Shown here: one piece after another, positions 47,511-58,509 of the stretch
How positions within the stretch are numbered: the first letter of the stretch is position 1
Layout: the number at the start of each line of letters is the position of its first letter
Assembly: GCA_001783215.1 (NCBI GenBank)
Contig: MFRA01000005.1
Location: forward strand, 254,322-318,321
Origin: Candidatus Magasanikbacteria bacterium RIFOXYD1_FULL_40_23
Lineage (GTDB): Bacteria > Patescibacteriota > Patescibacteriia > Magasanikbacterales > GWA2-37-8
Reading direction: 5' to 3'
Length of the DNA stretch: 64,000 nt
Program-made: the position numbers and the translations under genes
The notes under the pieces: model-generated
Databases searched by the model: none
The model's input: the letters and a program-made list of their open reading frames with translations, nothing else
What the model was told of the DNA's origin: nothing

Positions 47511-48728
47511 ATGTCAGATATTACAAAGGCTATACAAGTATTATGCGAGGAAAAAAATCTTTCTTACGAATCCGTAATGGAAGCTATTGAGTTTGCTCTG
47601 GCTGCCGCTTACCGCAAGGATTTTGGTAATAAACAGCAAAATATCAAGGTAAAATTTGATCCAGAAAAAGGCGATATGAAAGCTTGGGATGTAAAAACTG
47701 TCGTAGAAGATATTGCTGAGGATGCTCTTTTGGTTGCTCAAGAAGAGTTAACCAAAAGACGAGAAAAAGCCAAAGAAGAAAAGCGAGAATTAACCGAAGA
47801 AGAAACAGAAGATTTGCCTCGTTTTAATCCAAAGACAGAGCTCATGCTTAGTGCTGCCAAAGAAATAGATAAAAAAGTAAAAGTAGGAGAAGTGATGGAA
47901 ATTCCTTTGGAAATCCAGCACGAATTTGGTCGTATGGCTGCTCAAACTGCCAAGCAAGTTATTATCCAAAAAATTCGCGAGGCCGAAAGAGGTATCATGT
48001 TTAATGACTTTAAAGGCCAAGAAGGACAGCTTGTGATGGGAACAATCCAAAGAGCGGAAGCCCGCAAAGTTTTGGTAGACTTTGGAAAAGTTACCGGAGT
48101 TTTACTTGCCGAACATCAAAATAGTCGCGATCATTATCGCCCAGGTGCACGCATGAAGTTTTTGTTGTTGTCTGTGCAAATGACTCCTCGCGGTTTAGAA
48201 GTGCTTTTGTCTCGCAGTGATGTGGCTATGGTACGAGAAATATTCAAACAAGAAATTCCAGAAATTAGCGATGGCTTAATAGAAATAAAAGGTATTGCTC
48301 GTGAGGCAGGCTTCCGTTCCAAAGTAGCTGTATTTACAACCGACAAAGCCATAGACCCAATCGGTTCTTGTATTGGTCAAAAGGGAAGTCGTATAAATAC
48401 TATTATAGAAGAATTGGGTGGAGAAAAAATTGATATTATTCAATATAGCGAAGATGCAAAAGAATATATTGCTCACGCGCTTGCTCCGGCCAAAATCTTG
48501 AATGTAAAATTAAACGAATCAGACAAGATTGCCGAAGTTGGCGTTGCTCCGGATCAGTTCTCTTTGGCTATTGGCCGCAACGGACAAAATGTACGTCTAG
48601 CTGCCAATCTTACCGGTTGGAGAATAGATGTAGTAGAGGAAGGTGGAAGCGAAAAATTGTCTAGCGATGAAGTAAAACCAGAGGCTGTAGAGGTTGCAGA
48701 AGAAGTAGAAGAGAAAAAAGAGGAATAA
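47511..48728 (+). CDS. nusA: Transcription factor NusA
   Basis: FGRMAAQTAKQVI, S1 domain, KH domains (IARE.G.RSK, GSCIGQKG, AIGRNGQNVRLA). Confidence 0.96.
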   Translation: MSDITKAIQVLCEEKNLSYESVMEAIEFALAAAYRKDFGNKQQNIKVKFDPEKGDMKAWDVKTVVEDIAEDALLVAQEELTKRREKAKEEKRELTEEETEDLPRFNPKTELMLSAAKEIDKKVKVGEVMEIPLEIQHEFGRMAAQTAKQVIIQKIREAERGIMFNDFKGQEGQLVMGTIQRAEARKVLVDFGKVTGVLLAEHQNSRDHYRPGARMKFLLLSVQMTPRGLEVLLSRSDVAMVREIFKQEIPEISDGLIEIKGIAREAGFRSKVAVFTTDKAIDPIGSCIGQKGSRINTIIEELGGEKIDIIQYSEDAKEYIAHALAPAKILNVKLNESDKIAEVGVAPDQFSLAIGRNGQNVRLAANLTGWRIDVVEEGGSEKLSSDEVKPEAVEVAEEVEEKKEE

Positions 48729-48759
48729 AACATTAGGTCGGGCTTCAATGGACGCGCCG

Positions 48760-48804
48760 GCCGCGTTTCAAAGGACGTGACGCGGCATGATTACGTCGAA
48801 TCAA
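48760..48804. repeat. GCCGCGT...ACGCGGC element, copy 2 (nusA-yidC intergenic)
   Basis: GCCGCGTTTCAAAGGACGTGACGCGGCATGATTACGTCGAATCAA. Confidence 0.85.
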
Positions 48805-48831
48805 TTTCGTTAAATCAAATCTTAAATTTTT

Positions 48832-49590
48832 ATGATAGCTCTATTTCACACCGTGCTCTACCAACCGATATTTAATGTTTTTGTCTTCTTATACAATATC
48901 ATTCCCGGACACGATGTGGGTGTGGTAATTTTAGCTATCACTATTTTAGTGCGTTTAGTTTTGTATCCTCTAACCAGTGCTTCAATAAAAGCCCAGCGTT
49001 CCTTGCAGGATTTACAGCCAAAAATGGCGGCTATCAAATTGCAATATCCAAATGATAAACAAAAACAAACGGAGGCTACGATGGAGATGTATAAAAACAA
49101 CAAAGTAAATCCGTTTACTTCTTGTTTGCCAATGTTGTTGCAGCTGCCAATTTTGATTGCTCTGTATATGGTATTGCAGGACGGCTTAAATTCCAAAAAT
49201 TTAGCAGATTCGCTATATTCTTTTGTTGGTAATCCAGGCACAATCAATCAGATTTCTCTTGGCTTAATAAATATGGCCAAGCCAAACTATGTTCTAGCAT
49301 TTATGGCGGGGTTAGCTCAATACTTACAAGCCAAGACGATGAGTACCAAAAATCCACCGCCACAAGCAGGTGAAGGAGCTAAAGACGAAGCCATGATGTC
49401 TATGATGAATAAACAGATGCTTTATCTTATGCCGGTTATGACTGTAGTAATTGGTTTCAATCTTCCTGGCGGACTTACTTTGTACTGGTTCTTCGGTACT
49501 GTGCTTATGGCATTGCAGCAAATTTGGCTTTCCAAATCTAGTAAAAATGAAGGTAATGGCAATGTTATAGAAGGTAAATTGGTTAAGTAA
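48832..49590 (+). CDS. yidC: Membrane protein insertase YidC/Oxa1
   Basis: TILVRL.LYPL, LQPK, NPFTSCLPMLLQLPI, PGGLTLYW. Confidence 0.93.
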   Translation: MIALFHTVLYQPIFNVFVFLYNIIPGHDVGVVILAITILVRLVLYPLTSASIKAQRSLQDLQPKMAAIKLQYPNDKQKQTEATMEMYKNNKVNPFTSCLPMLLQLPILIALYMVLQDGLNSKNLADSLYSFVGNPGTINQISLGLINMAKPNYVLAFMAGLAQYLQAKTMSTKNPPPQAGEGAKDEAMMSMMNKQMLYLMPVMTVVIGFNLPGGLTLYWFFGTVLMALQQIWLSKSSKNEGNGNVIEGKLVK

Positions 49591-49611
49591 AAAGTAAGCG
49601 CACTAAGGTCT

Positions 49612-49878
49612 ATGGTTATAAATCTACGTAAATTATTCTGTTTACCGGTTTATACCGAATCTGGCAAAAAACTGGGTAAAGTTTTTGATTTAGAGTTAGA
49701 TGTAGATTCGCATACGGTTGTGCGCTACTTAGTAAGATCAAATTTTTTAAGCGTAAAATATTTACTTGTTCAAAGTAACTCAATCAAAGCGATAAAAGAA
49801 GATAAAATTATCGTAGAGGATAGCGTTGAAAAAATAAGTTCAGTCGAAACATCTCCAGGCATGGTTTTAGAAGAGTAA
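49612..49878 (+). CDS. PRC-barrel domain protein
   Basis: LPVYTESGKKLGKVFDLELD. Confidence 0.8.
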   Translation: MVINLRKLFCLPVYTESGKKLGKVFDLELDVDSHTVVRYLVRSNFLSVKYLLVQSNSIKAIKEDKIIVEDSVEKISSVETSPGMVLEE

Positions 49879-49971
49879 TTTCACCCTGTTAAATAATTTT
49901 AAATTCTCTATAATATATAAATAATTTAAAATTAAGATTTGAATAATTCAAATCTTATTTAACGGGGTAAA
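49879..49971. repeat. MITE-like element with terminal inverted repeats and two inner hairpins
   Basis: TTTCACCCTGTTAAATAA ... TTATTTAACGGGGTAAA; fills the intergenic gap. Confidence 0.6.
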
Positions 49972-49972
49972 T

Positions 49973-50917
49973 ATGGAACTAGAACAATCTCTCCGCCAGT
50001 CAATACTTAGCACTCTAGCATATTTTGATTTATCTCAATTTCCCCTTACCAAAGAGGAACTTTTTGTTTTTCTTTGGGAGCCGCCGACCGTTAATTACGC
50101 AGATTTTTTGGAATTATTACAGACAGATAGTTTTGTAAATGGTAATTTTGAAACCAAAAACGGTTATTATTTTTTGCCAGGACGCCAAGAATTAGTAGAA
50201 ATAAGAAGACGCAGATTAATTATTTCAGAAAAGAAATTAAAGATTGCCAGGCGAGCGCTTAGAATAATTAGATCAGTTCCGTTTCTGAAAGCGGTATTTG
50301 TTTGCAATACGGTGGCATCAGAGCAGGCAAGTATAGATAGTGATATAGACTTTTTCATCGTTACAGCCAAGAACAGGATTTGGATTACCAGATTATTTGT
50401 TACATTTTTACTAGGACTGTTTAGATTGAGGCGTGTTAAAAATCGTGTCAAAGATAAAATTTGCCTTAGTTTTTATGTTACCGAAGAAGCTTTGGACCTG
50501 TCCAAATTTAGAGTAATAGACGACGATGTTCACTTTGCTTTTTGGATAAACCAAATGTTGCCGGCGTATGATCCGGATAATTTTTATGCCAAATTTTTGG
50601 AAGCAAACAGTTGGACAAAAAAGTATTTACCAAATATAAATAGTAGTAGCGCTTCTTCGTATATTTTTAGGATTACCAATTCTAAATTAGGCAAAATTTG
50701 GAAGAGTGCATGGGAGAAAATGTGGGAGGGGAGTTATGGCAGCTTAATTAATGAGGAAGCCAAAAAAATACAGATTTCTAAGATGAAATTTTCTGGTAAC
50801 AAAATAGACCGAGGCGATGATAAAGGAGTGGTAATTTCTGATTCTGTATTAAAATTTCACGAAAAAGATACTAGAATTGAATATAGAGAATTATGGAAAA
50901 ACAAAATCGGGGTTTAA
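49973..50917 (+). CDS. Nucleotidyltransferase-superfamily-like protein
   Basis: VPFLKAVFVCNT...SDIDFFIVT (DxD). Confidence 0.65.
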   Translation: MELEQSLRQSILSTLAYFDLSQFPLTKEELFVFLWEPPTVNYADFLELLQTDSFVNGNFETKNGYYFLPGRQELVEIRRRRLIISEKKLKIARRALRIIRSVPFLKAVFVCNTVASEQASIDSDIDFFIVTAKNRIWITRLFVTFLLGLFRLRRVKNRVKDKICLSFYVTEEALDLSKFRVIDDDVHFAFWINQMLPAYDPDNFYAKFLEANSWTKKYLPNINSSSASSYIFRITNSKLGKIWKSAWEKMWEGSYGSLINEEAKKIQISKMKFSGNKIDRGDDKGVVISDSVLKFHEKDTRIEYRELWKNKIGV

Positions 50918-52263
50918 TTTTGCAAGAAGTTCAACATGTGTTAGCGTTGTTGTTTTTGTTTTTGCTGCCATGGCAAACCAGATATATTTGGAAGTATGGC
51001 CAATTAAATGGCGGCTATTGGGAGTATGGCACGGGCAGTCTGTATGTAACAGAGATTTTATTGTGGGTTATTTTGGTATTATTTTTTGTTAATAATTTTT
51101 TAAAGAAAGAAGTTTGGGTCGGTTTGTTTAAAAATAAAAATGTTTTTTCTTTGGTGTTCGCTGGGTTTTTAGCTGTGGTGGGCGCATCAGTAATGTTGAG
51201 CGAAAATTTTGGCATCTCCTATAATTATATTTTCCGTATTTTGGAGGGCATGGCCATAATGACGGTGCTGTTTCGGAGCGGGCAGTCTGTCATCCTGAAC
51301 GGAGTGAAGGATCCCTTAAACACAAATGAAAGGGATTCTTCGGTCGCTTTTCTTCCTCAGAATGACAGATATGTAGTTGCTATTTGGCTTGGCGCGGTAG
51401 GGCAGGGAGCGCTGGCGATTTATCAGTTTTTGACCCAGCATGTTTTTGCCAGCAAGTGGCTAGGTATGGCAGCGCAAGAGTCGTACAACTTGGGCCCAAG
51501 CGTAATACAATTTGCTGACCAGAGGTGGTTGCGCGCCTACGGTAGTTTTGGTTCGCCAAATTCTTTGGGGATTTATTTGGCTGTGTTATTTGTATTAGGT
51601 TTTATTTTATATTTTAAAACGCAAATACCGCGCTATAAAATTTTAATTAGCGTAGGTCAATTATTTATTTTATCTGGATTGTTGCTTTCTTTTTCTCGCG
51701 GGGCGTGGTTGGCAGCTTTGGTTGGTCTGGCATCTCTTTTTATTGTTTTATTTTTTAAACAAAAAGATTTTTTACGAGATTTTATAAAACAGATCGTATT
51801 TGCTTTGGGTGTAGCTATATTTTGGATTATTATTTTTTATCCAGTTTTTAACGCCAGATTTAATTTGCAAAATCGTTTGGAAGCCACGTCTGTTTCCGAA
51901 AGAAAAGGGCAGTATAGCGAATCTTTATCTTTTATTAAATTAAATCCAATTTTTGGGGTTGGGCCGGGCGTATATACTTTTGCTTTGGCCAAAAAATATC
52001 CAGATTTAGCTTCGTGGCAGCTGCAGCCAATACATAATATTTATTTACTTATTCTCGTAGAGATGGGCATATTTGGTATGTTGGCTATATTTTTATCAGT
52101 TGCCAGTATTGCTAGACTGATACTTAAAAATAACTTAATTTACGCACCAGTTTTGACGGCTTTGTTTGCTTCTGGAATGCTAGATCATTGGTTGGCCAGC
52201 CTGTTTACAGGCATGGTTTTTTGGTGGGTAGTCTTGGGTTTAGGCCTAAAAAAGAACCCTTGA
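50893..52263 (+). CDS. O-antigen ligase/Wzy_C family membrane protein with an in-frame palindromic insertion
   Basis: RAYGSFGSPN, SFSRGAWL, PIFGVGPG, HNIYL...EMG; many TM segments. Confidence 0.9.
   Translation: MEKQNRGLILQEVQHVLALLFLFLLPWQTRYIWKYGQLNGGYWEYGTGSLYVTEILLWVILVLFFVNNFLKKEVWVGLFKNKNVFSLVFAGFLAVVGASVMLSENFGISYNYIFRILEGMAIMTVLFRSGQSVILNGVKDPLNTNERDSSVAFLPQNDRYVVAIWLGAVGQGALAIYQFLTQHVFASKWLGMAAQESYNLGPSVIQFADQRWLRAYGSFGSPNSLGIYLAVLFVLGFILYFKTQIPRYKILISVGQLFILSGLLLSFSRGAWLAALVGLASLFIVLFFKQKDFLRDFIKQIVFALGVAIFWIIIFYPVFNARFNLQNRLEATSVSERKGQYSESLSFIKLNPIFGVGPGVYTFALAKKYPDLASWQLQPIHNIYLLILVEMGIFGMLAIFLSVASIARLILKNNLIYAPVLTALFASGMLDHWLASLFTGMVFWWVVLGLGLKKNP
51289..51366. repeat. GTCAT...ATGAC palindromic element, copy 3 (78 bp, in frame)
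   Basis: Encodes VILNGVKDPLNTNERDSSVAFLPQND. Confidence 0.9.
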
Positions 52264-52325
52264 CACCAACGCACTCTTCTTGTAAAATGACCTCACTCTT
52301 ATCACTCTATTATTTTGAGTGATAA
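52260..52325 (+). promoter_or_regulatory. groESL promoter and CIRCE-like operator
   Basis: TTGACA-17-TAAAAT at 52260-52288; TTATCACTC-N9-GAGTGATAA at 52299-52325. Confidence 0.85.
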
Positions 52326-52357
52326 CATAATTATTAATAAATTCTAATTTTATTTGT

Positions 52358-52642
52358 ATGCAACTTAAGCCCTTAGGAGACAATGTTTTGGTCAAGCAAA
52401 TTAAAGCCGATGAAGTTACTTCTTTCGGTTTGGTTTTGCCAGATAAAGATGAAAAGAAAGCCGAGGCCGAAGTGGTAGCTATTGGCCCGGGCAAATTATT
52501 GGAAAATGGCCAACGAAGTGTGATGGAAGTAAAAGTAGGCGATAAAGTATTATTAAAAAATTGGGGTGGAGAAAAGGTAGAGCTAGATAAACAGGAGTAT
52601 AAAATTGTTTCTCAGGATGACATTTTGGCAATATTTGGATAA
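52358..52642 (+). CDS. groES: Co-chaperonin GroES
   Basis: LKPLGDNVLV, VVAIGPG, VKVGDKVL, DILAI. Confidence 0.96.
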   Translation: MQLKPLGDNVLVKQIKADEVTSFGLVLPDKDEKKAEAEVVAIGPGKLLENGQRSVMEVKVGDKVLLKNWGGEKVELDKQEYKIVSQDDILAIFG

Positions 52643-52651
52643 ATTTAAACT

Positions 52652-52745
52652 GTCATTCCGAATCCCTTTTGTGGGGTGAGGAATCTTTGTCCATATTGTT
52701 GTTAAGTACAGAGATCCCTCGTCGCTACGGCTCGCTCGGGATGAC
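52652..52745. repeat. GTCAT...ATGAC palindromic element, copy 4 (divergent; groES-groEL spacer)
   Basis: GTCATTCCGA...GAGGAATCT...AGATCCCTCG...TCGGGATGAC, with compensatory changes. Confidence 0.8.
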
Positions 52746-52758
52746 AATACGTTGCATA

Positions 52759-52779
52759 ATTCTTAATTCGTAATTCATA
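52759..52779. repeat. Orphan heptamer array (ATTCNTA x3)
   Basis: ATTCTTA ATTCGTA ATTCATA, before groEL. Confidence 0.55.
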
Positions 52780-52780
52780 A

Positions 52781-54436
<1,656 letters not shown>

Positions 54437-54627
54437 AGTATAGGTGGAATGCTTGCCCGATAGAGCTTTAGCGAAGGCGGGTATTAAAATAAAATTAAAC
54501 AGAAGCGCTCCGAAAGGGGCGTTTTTTGTTGTAAAATATTAGATTACAGGGTAAAATTAAATTAACAATTAAAGCTTTAATGTTATTTTAGAAGCAAAGC
54601 TTGCTAATTTTATCAGGTCTCACAAAT

Positions 54628-55161
54628 ATGGAAAAAACATTTTTCATATTTGATTCAACCTTCGAAATTATGGTTCAAAATATAATAGCTGCCTTTGCAG
54701 GATTTCCGCCAGAATTAGTTACTTTTTTTGTAGCTATGACGCCCATACTGGAACAGAGGGTGGCGCTACCTATGGCCATTATTGGCTTTAATATGCCAGT
54801 GTGGAAGGCGCTAGCTATTACTTTGGCGGGTAATCTGTTACCCACCACAGCCCTTCTTTATTTTGCCGATAATTTTCATACATGGGTAAACAAACATTCC
54901 GGTACATTTTTTGGTAAAGCTTGGCTCAAAAGTTTGCACAATGCGCAAGAAAAATTTGCTAAGTACGAAAAATACGGTTTGTTAGGCCTGGCTTTATTTA
55001 TCGCTTTGCCTATTCCAGGTAGTGGAATTTTTACCGGCACGATGATTGCATTTCTAATGGGCGTGCCATTTAAGCATTCAGTCCCATATATTTGGGCAGC
55101 GGTTATTGGTTCGTCGCTGGTTACTATGTTTATATCAGTAGGTATTGATAAAGTATTCTAA
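54628..55161 (+). CDS. Small multidrug export-like membrane protein (COG2426-like)
   Basis: P.LEQRVALP, GNLLP, LFIALPIPGSG. Confidence 0.8.
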   Translation: MEKTFFIFDSTFEIMVQNIIAAFAGFPPELVTFFVAMTPILEQRVALPMAIIGFNMPVWKALAITLAGNLLPTTALLYFADNFHTWVNKHSGTFFGKAWLKSLHNAQEKFAKYEKYGLLGLALFIALPIPGSGIFTGTMIAFLMGVPFKHSVPYIWAAVIGSSLVTMFISVGIDKVF

Positions 55162-55227
55162 GTCTCCTTTTAGTCCCTTACCTTATAAGCGGTAGGGTAG
55201 AAGAGGGGTTTTTGTGGTAATGTTTAT

Positions 55228-55650
55228 ATGCAAGAAGATTTGGATCCGAATAAGGCAATTTATGTTGACCCGAAACATCAGGAGCATGCTTTTGATTTAC
55301 CTTTTTGGCGAGACAATGAAAAATTATGGGCGTTGGAAGTTCCAATAGAAGAAATGAACGTTGATGAGCTGCTTTGGATTTTAGATTTGCCTTTTTGGGA
55401 AGATGAAAAAGGTAATATTGTTATTGCACCTAAAGAAGTTATAAATAATCCGGAAAAATATCCAGCACATAGAGATAAAATCAAGGCTGCCGACACTTCT
55501 TATCCTATCGATATAATGAAAAACAAAAAAGGTAAGTGGCTAACCCTGGACGGTCTTCATCGACTTGTTAAACTAGTGTTAGCAAACGAACCAACTATTC
55601 AAGTAAGAAAAATTCCACCCGAACTTATACATCTTACAGCGCGAGATTAA
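55228..55650 (+). CDS. Hypothetical protein with a ParB/Srx-like motif
   Basis: YPI...LDGLHRL. Confidence 0.6.
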   Translation: MQEDLDPNKAIYVDPKHQEHAFDLPFWRDNEKLWALEVPIEEMNVDELLWILDLPFWEDEKGNIVIAPKEVINNPEKYPAHRDKIKAADTSYPIDIMKNKKGKWLTLDGLHRLVKLVLANEPTIQVRKIPPELIHLTARD

Positions 55651-55662
55651 ATCATCATCCCT

Positions 55663-56739
55663 ATGTCCGTAGAAGATTTGCATGAGTTACAATCCAAAAT
55701 AAAAGATACAAAAAAACTTCTTAATATTGACGATTTACAAAAAAAGCTTGAGCGGTTAGCCGAAGAGATGAATGCCCAAGATTTTTGGAGCAACCAAGAA
55801 ACTGCTCAGGTTGTGAGCCAAGATTATCAAGATATAAAAAAAGAAATAGAAAAGTTTGCCGATTTAGAAAAAAGAACAAATGATTTATTGGAGTTGTCTC
55901 AATCAGATGATAATTCTTTGGTAAGTGAGATTGACCAGCAGACAAAAAGTTTGCAAAAAGAGTTTGCTGATTACGAATTTTTGGTGTTACTTTCGGGGCC
56001 ATACGACAAAAATAATGTTATTTTATCTATTCATGCCGGCGCAGGTGGTACCGAAGCTCAAGATTGGGCCGAAATGCTTTTGCGTATGATAACGCGCTTT
56101 TCCGACAAGATGGGTTGGCAAACTAGAATTTTGGACGAGTCACGTGGGGCGGAAGCTGGTTATAAATCAGTAATGCTAGAAATAAAAGGACGGTTTGCTT
56201 ATGGATATCTAAAATCCGAACACGGCGTGCATAGATTAGTGCGCATATCTCCGTTTGATGCCGAAAAAATGCGCCATACTTCTTTTGCTTTGATAGAAGT
56301 TTTGCCAGAGCTGGACGATAGAGTAAAAATCGAAATAGATCCAAAAGATATTCGCATAGATACTTTTATGTCCGGAGGCAAGGGAGGTCAGAGTGTAAAT
56401 ACCACTTATTCGGCTGTGCGTATTGTGCATATTCCAACAAACATTTCTGTATCATGTCAAAACGAAAGATCTCAGCAGCAAAACAAAGATACGGCAATGA
56501 AGATTTTGCAATCTAAATTAAACGCCTTGGAAGAAGAAAAAAAAGCAAAAGAAAGATTGGAAATGAGAGGGGAGTACAAATCTGCCGAATGGGGAAATCA
56601 GATTCGTTCGTATGTGCTGCATCCGTATCATCTAGTAAAAGACAATCGAACAGAATACGAATCTGCCGATCCGGAGTCTGTATTAGAAGGAGAGTTATTG
56701 CCGCTTAGTGAAGCATATCTAAAGTGGATAAAAACGTAG
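55663..56739 (+). CDS. prfB: Peptide chain release factor 2 (no frameshift)
   Basis: GAGGTEAQDW, SPF stop-codon recognition motif, GGQ, WGNQIRSYV. Confidence 0.96.
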   Translation: MSVEDLHELQSKIKDTKKLLNIDDLQKKLERLAEEMNAQDFWSNQETAQVVSQDYQDIKKEIEKFADLEKRTNDLLELSQSDDNSLVSEIDQQTKSLQKEFADYEFLVLLSGPYDKNNVILSIHAGAGGTEAQDWAEMLLRMITRFSDKMGWQTRILDESRGAEAGYKSVMLEIKGRFAYGYLKSEHGVHRLVRISPFDAEKMRHTSFALIEVLPELDDRVKIEIDPKDIRIDTFMSGGKGGQSVNTTYSAVRIVHIPTNISVSCQNERSQQQNKDTAMKILQSKLNALEEEKKAKERLEMRGEYKSAEWGNQIRSYVLHPYHLVKDNRTEYESADPESVLEGELLPLSEAYLKWIKT

Positions 56740-56740
56740 T

Positions 56741-58504
56741 ATGCAAATTCTAAAGGAGTGTTATTTATCGCAAGCTGTTGCTTCATTGCTCGAAGGCAAG
56801 GTTTTGGTATTTCCTACAGAAACTTCTTATGGTTTAGGGTGTGATGCTACTAGTCAAAAATCAGTAGATAAAATTTTTAAAATGAAGGGCAGAGGTGATG
56901 ACAAGCCGTTGCTTATAGTGGTGCCAACTATAGATGTGGCCAGAAAATATTTGGAATGGAACGATGCGGTTGACCGGTTGGCCAAAGCGCATTGGCCAGG
57001 GGCTCTAACTATTGTGGGTATGGCCAAACCAAATTCTGGTCTGGCAAATGGTGTTATCTCAAAATTTGGTACAGTGGCGGTACGAGTCAGCGCCAACAAT
57101 GTAGTTAAATTTTTAAGCGAAAGTTTGGGCAAGGCGTTGGTGGCCACCTCTGCCAACATATCTGGTGCCGGAGACGTATATAATAGTAGCGAAGCACAAG
57201 CGATGTTTTCCGAAAAAGTTTTTCAACCGGATATTATTTTGGATTATGGCCAATTGGAGAAAAGGCCACCCACCACTATAGTGGATGCGACAAAAGATAA
57301 GATAAAAATTTTAAGACAAGGCCAAGTGAAAATTAAATTTCGAGAATTTTTTTCTATAAAAATAAAACCATGGATAGCTTGGATGGTAATTGGTATTGGA
57401 GCCATACTTTTTTCTATTTTATTTTTGACTCAATATGTTTTGGCTATGGCCGAAACAGAAAGCATGAGTGCGGTGGGTTTATTTCAAGCAGATCTTATAT
57501 CTGGCAATCACTTGGTAAATACTAGATATAAAAGAGCTCCGATAAAAGTAAAAGGCCTATACCTTACAGCCTACTCTGCCGGTGGCGAGAAAAAAATGGA
57601 TTCTATAATTAAATTAATAAACGAAACAGAGTTGAATGCGGTAGTTATAGATCTAAAAGATTATAGCGGTAAAGTTTTGTATGATTCCAAAATTCCTTTG
57701 GTTGATAATTTGAAATTACAAGACATTAGAATAAAAAATGTAGAAAAATTGCTTGCCAAATTAGATGAAAATAATATTTATAAAATTGCTCGTATTAGTG
57801 TTTTCCAAGATCCGATTTTGGCAGAAAAGAAACCGCAGTGGTCTATAAAATCCAAACAGGGAGGTTTGTGGAGGGATAAAAACCATTTAGCGTGGGTGGA
57901 TCCGGCCAATCCAGAAGTGTGGAAGTATGTAATTTCTGTGGCCAAAGAAGCTGGTCGTATGGGCTTTGATGAAATAAATTTTGACTATATACGTTTTCCA
58001 ACCGATGGTCGTATGTCCGATATAGTTTATACAAACGGGAACAGCAAACGTTACGAAGTGGTAGCTAAATTTTTTAAATTTTTATCTAAAGAGATGGAAG
58101 ATGAACCAGTCTTTATCTCCGCGGACTTGTTTGGCTTAACTACCGAAAAGAAAGGTGAAGACGACATGCAAATTGGTCAGCGATTGTCCGATGCGGTTTT
58201 GTATTTTGATTATGTTATGCCTATGGTCTATCCTTCGCATTACCCAAGTGGTTATAGGGGTTACAAAAATCCAGCCAATTATCCATATGAAGTTGTTTAT
58301 CAATCTATGAAAGCTGGAGTAAAACAAGCCGAAGGCAAAAAAGCCAAGCTTCGTAGCTGGATTCAGGCATTTAATCTAGGGGCAGTATATGATGGCGCAA
58401 AAATAAAATCCCAAATAAAAGCTACCGACGATGCTGGGGCAGACGGTTGGGTTCTGTGGAATGCGGCCAATAGGTATACAAGTGCCGGTTTAGAGAAAGA
58501 ATAA
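56741..58504 (+). CDS. tsaC: TsaC/YrdC threonylcarbamoyl-AMP synthase fused through a TM helix to a putative glycoside hydrolase (DUF4015-like)
   Basis: PTETSYGLG, KGR...KPL, WPGALT, TSANISG, ILRQG; then a TM; then NAVVIDLKD, VFQDP, GFDEINFDYIRFP, PMVYPSHY. Confidence 0.85.
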   Translation: MQILKECYLSQAVASLLEGKVLVFPTETSYGLGCDATSQKSVDKIFKMKGRGDDKPLLIVVPTIDVARKYLEWNDAVDRLAKAHWPGALTIVGMAKPNSGLANGVISKFGTVAVRVSANNVVKFLSESLGKALVATSANISGAGDVYNSSEAQAMFSEKVFQPDIILDYGQLEKRPPTTIVDATKDKIKILRQGQVKIKFREFFSIKIKPWIAWMVIGIGAILFSILFLTQYVLAMAETESMSAVGLFQADLISGNHLVNTRYKRAPIKVKGLYLTAYSAGGEKKMDSIIKLINETELNAVVIDLKDYSGKVLYDSKIPLVDNLKLQDIRIKNVEKLLAKLDENNIYKIARISVFQDPILAEKKPQWSIKSKQGGLWRDKNHLAWVDPANPEVWKYVISVAKEAGRMGFDEINFDYIRFPTDGRMSDIVYTNGNSKRYEVVAKFFKFLSKEMEDEPVFISADLFGLTTEKKGEDDMQIGQRLSDAVLYFDYVMPMVYPSHYPSGYRGYKNPANYPYEVVYQSMKAGVKQAEGKKAKLRSWIQAFNLGAVYDGAKIKSQIKATDDAGADGWVLWNAANRYTSAGLEKE

Positions 58505-58509
58505 TAGAT

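Noticed and set aside
54451-55208. Single REP-like remnants at 54451-54481 (GCTTTAGCGAAGGCGGG) and about 55165-55208
   Set aside because: One degenerate copy each in the window; not enough to define a family from this sequence alone.
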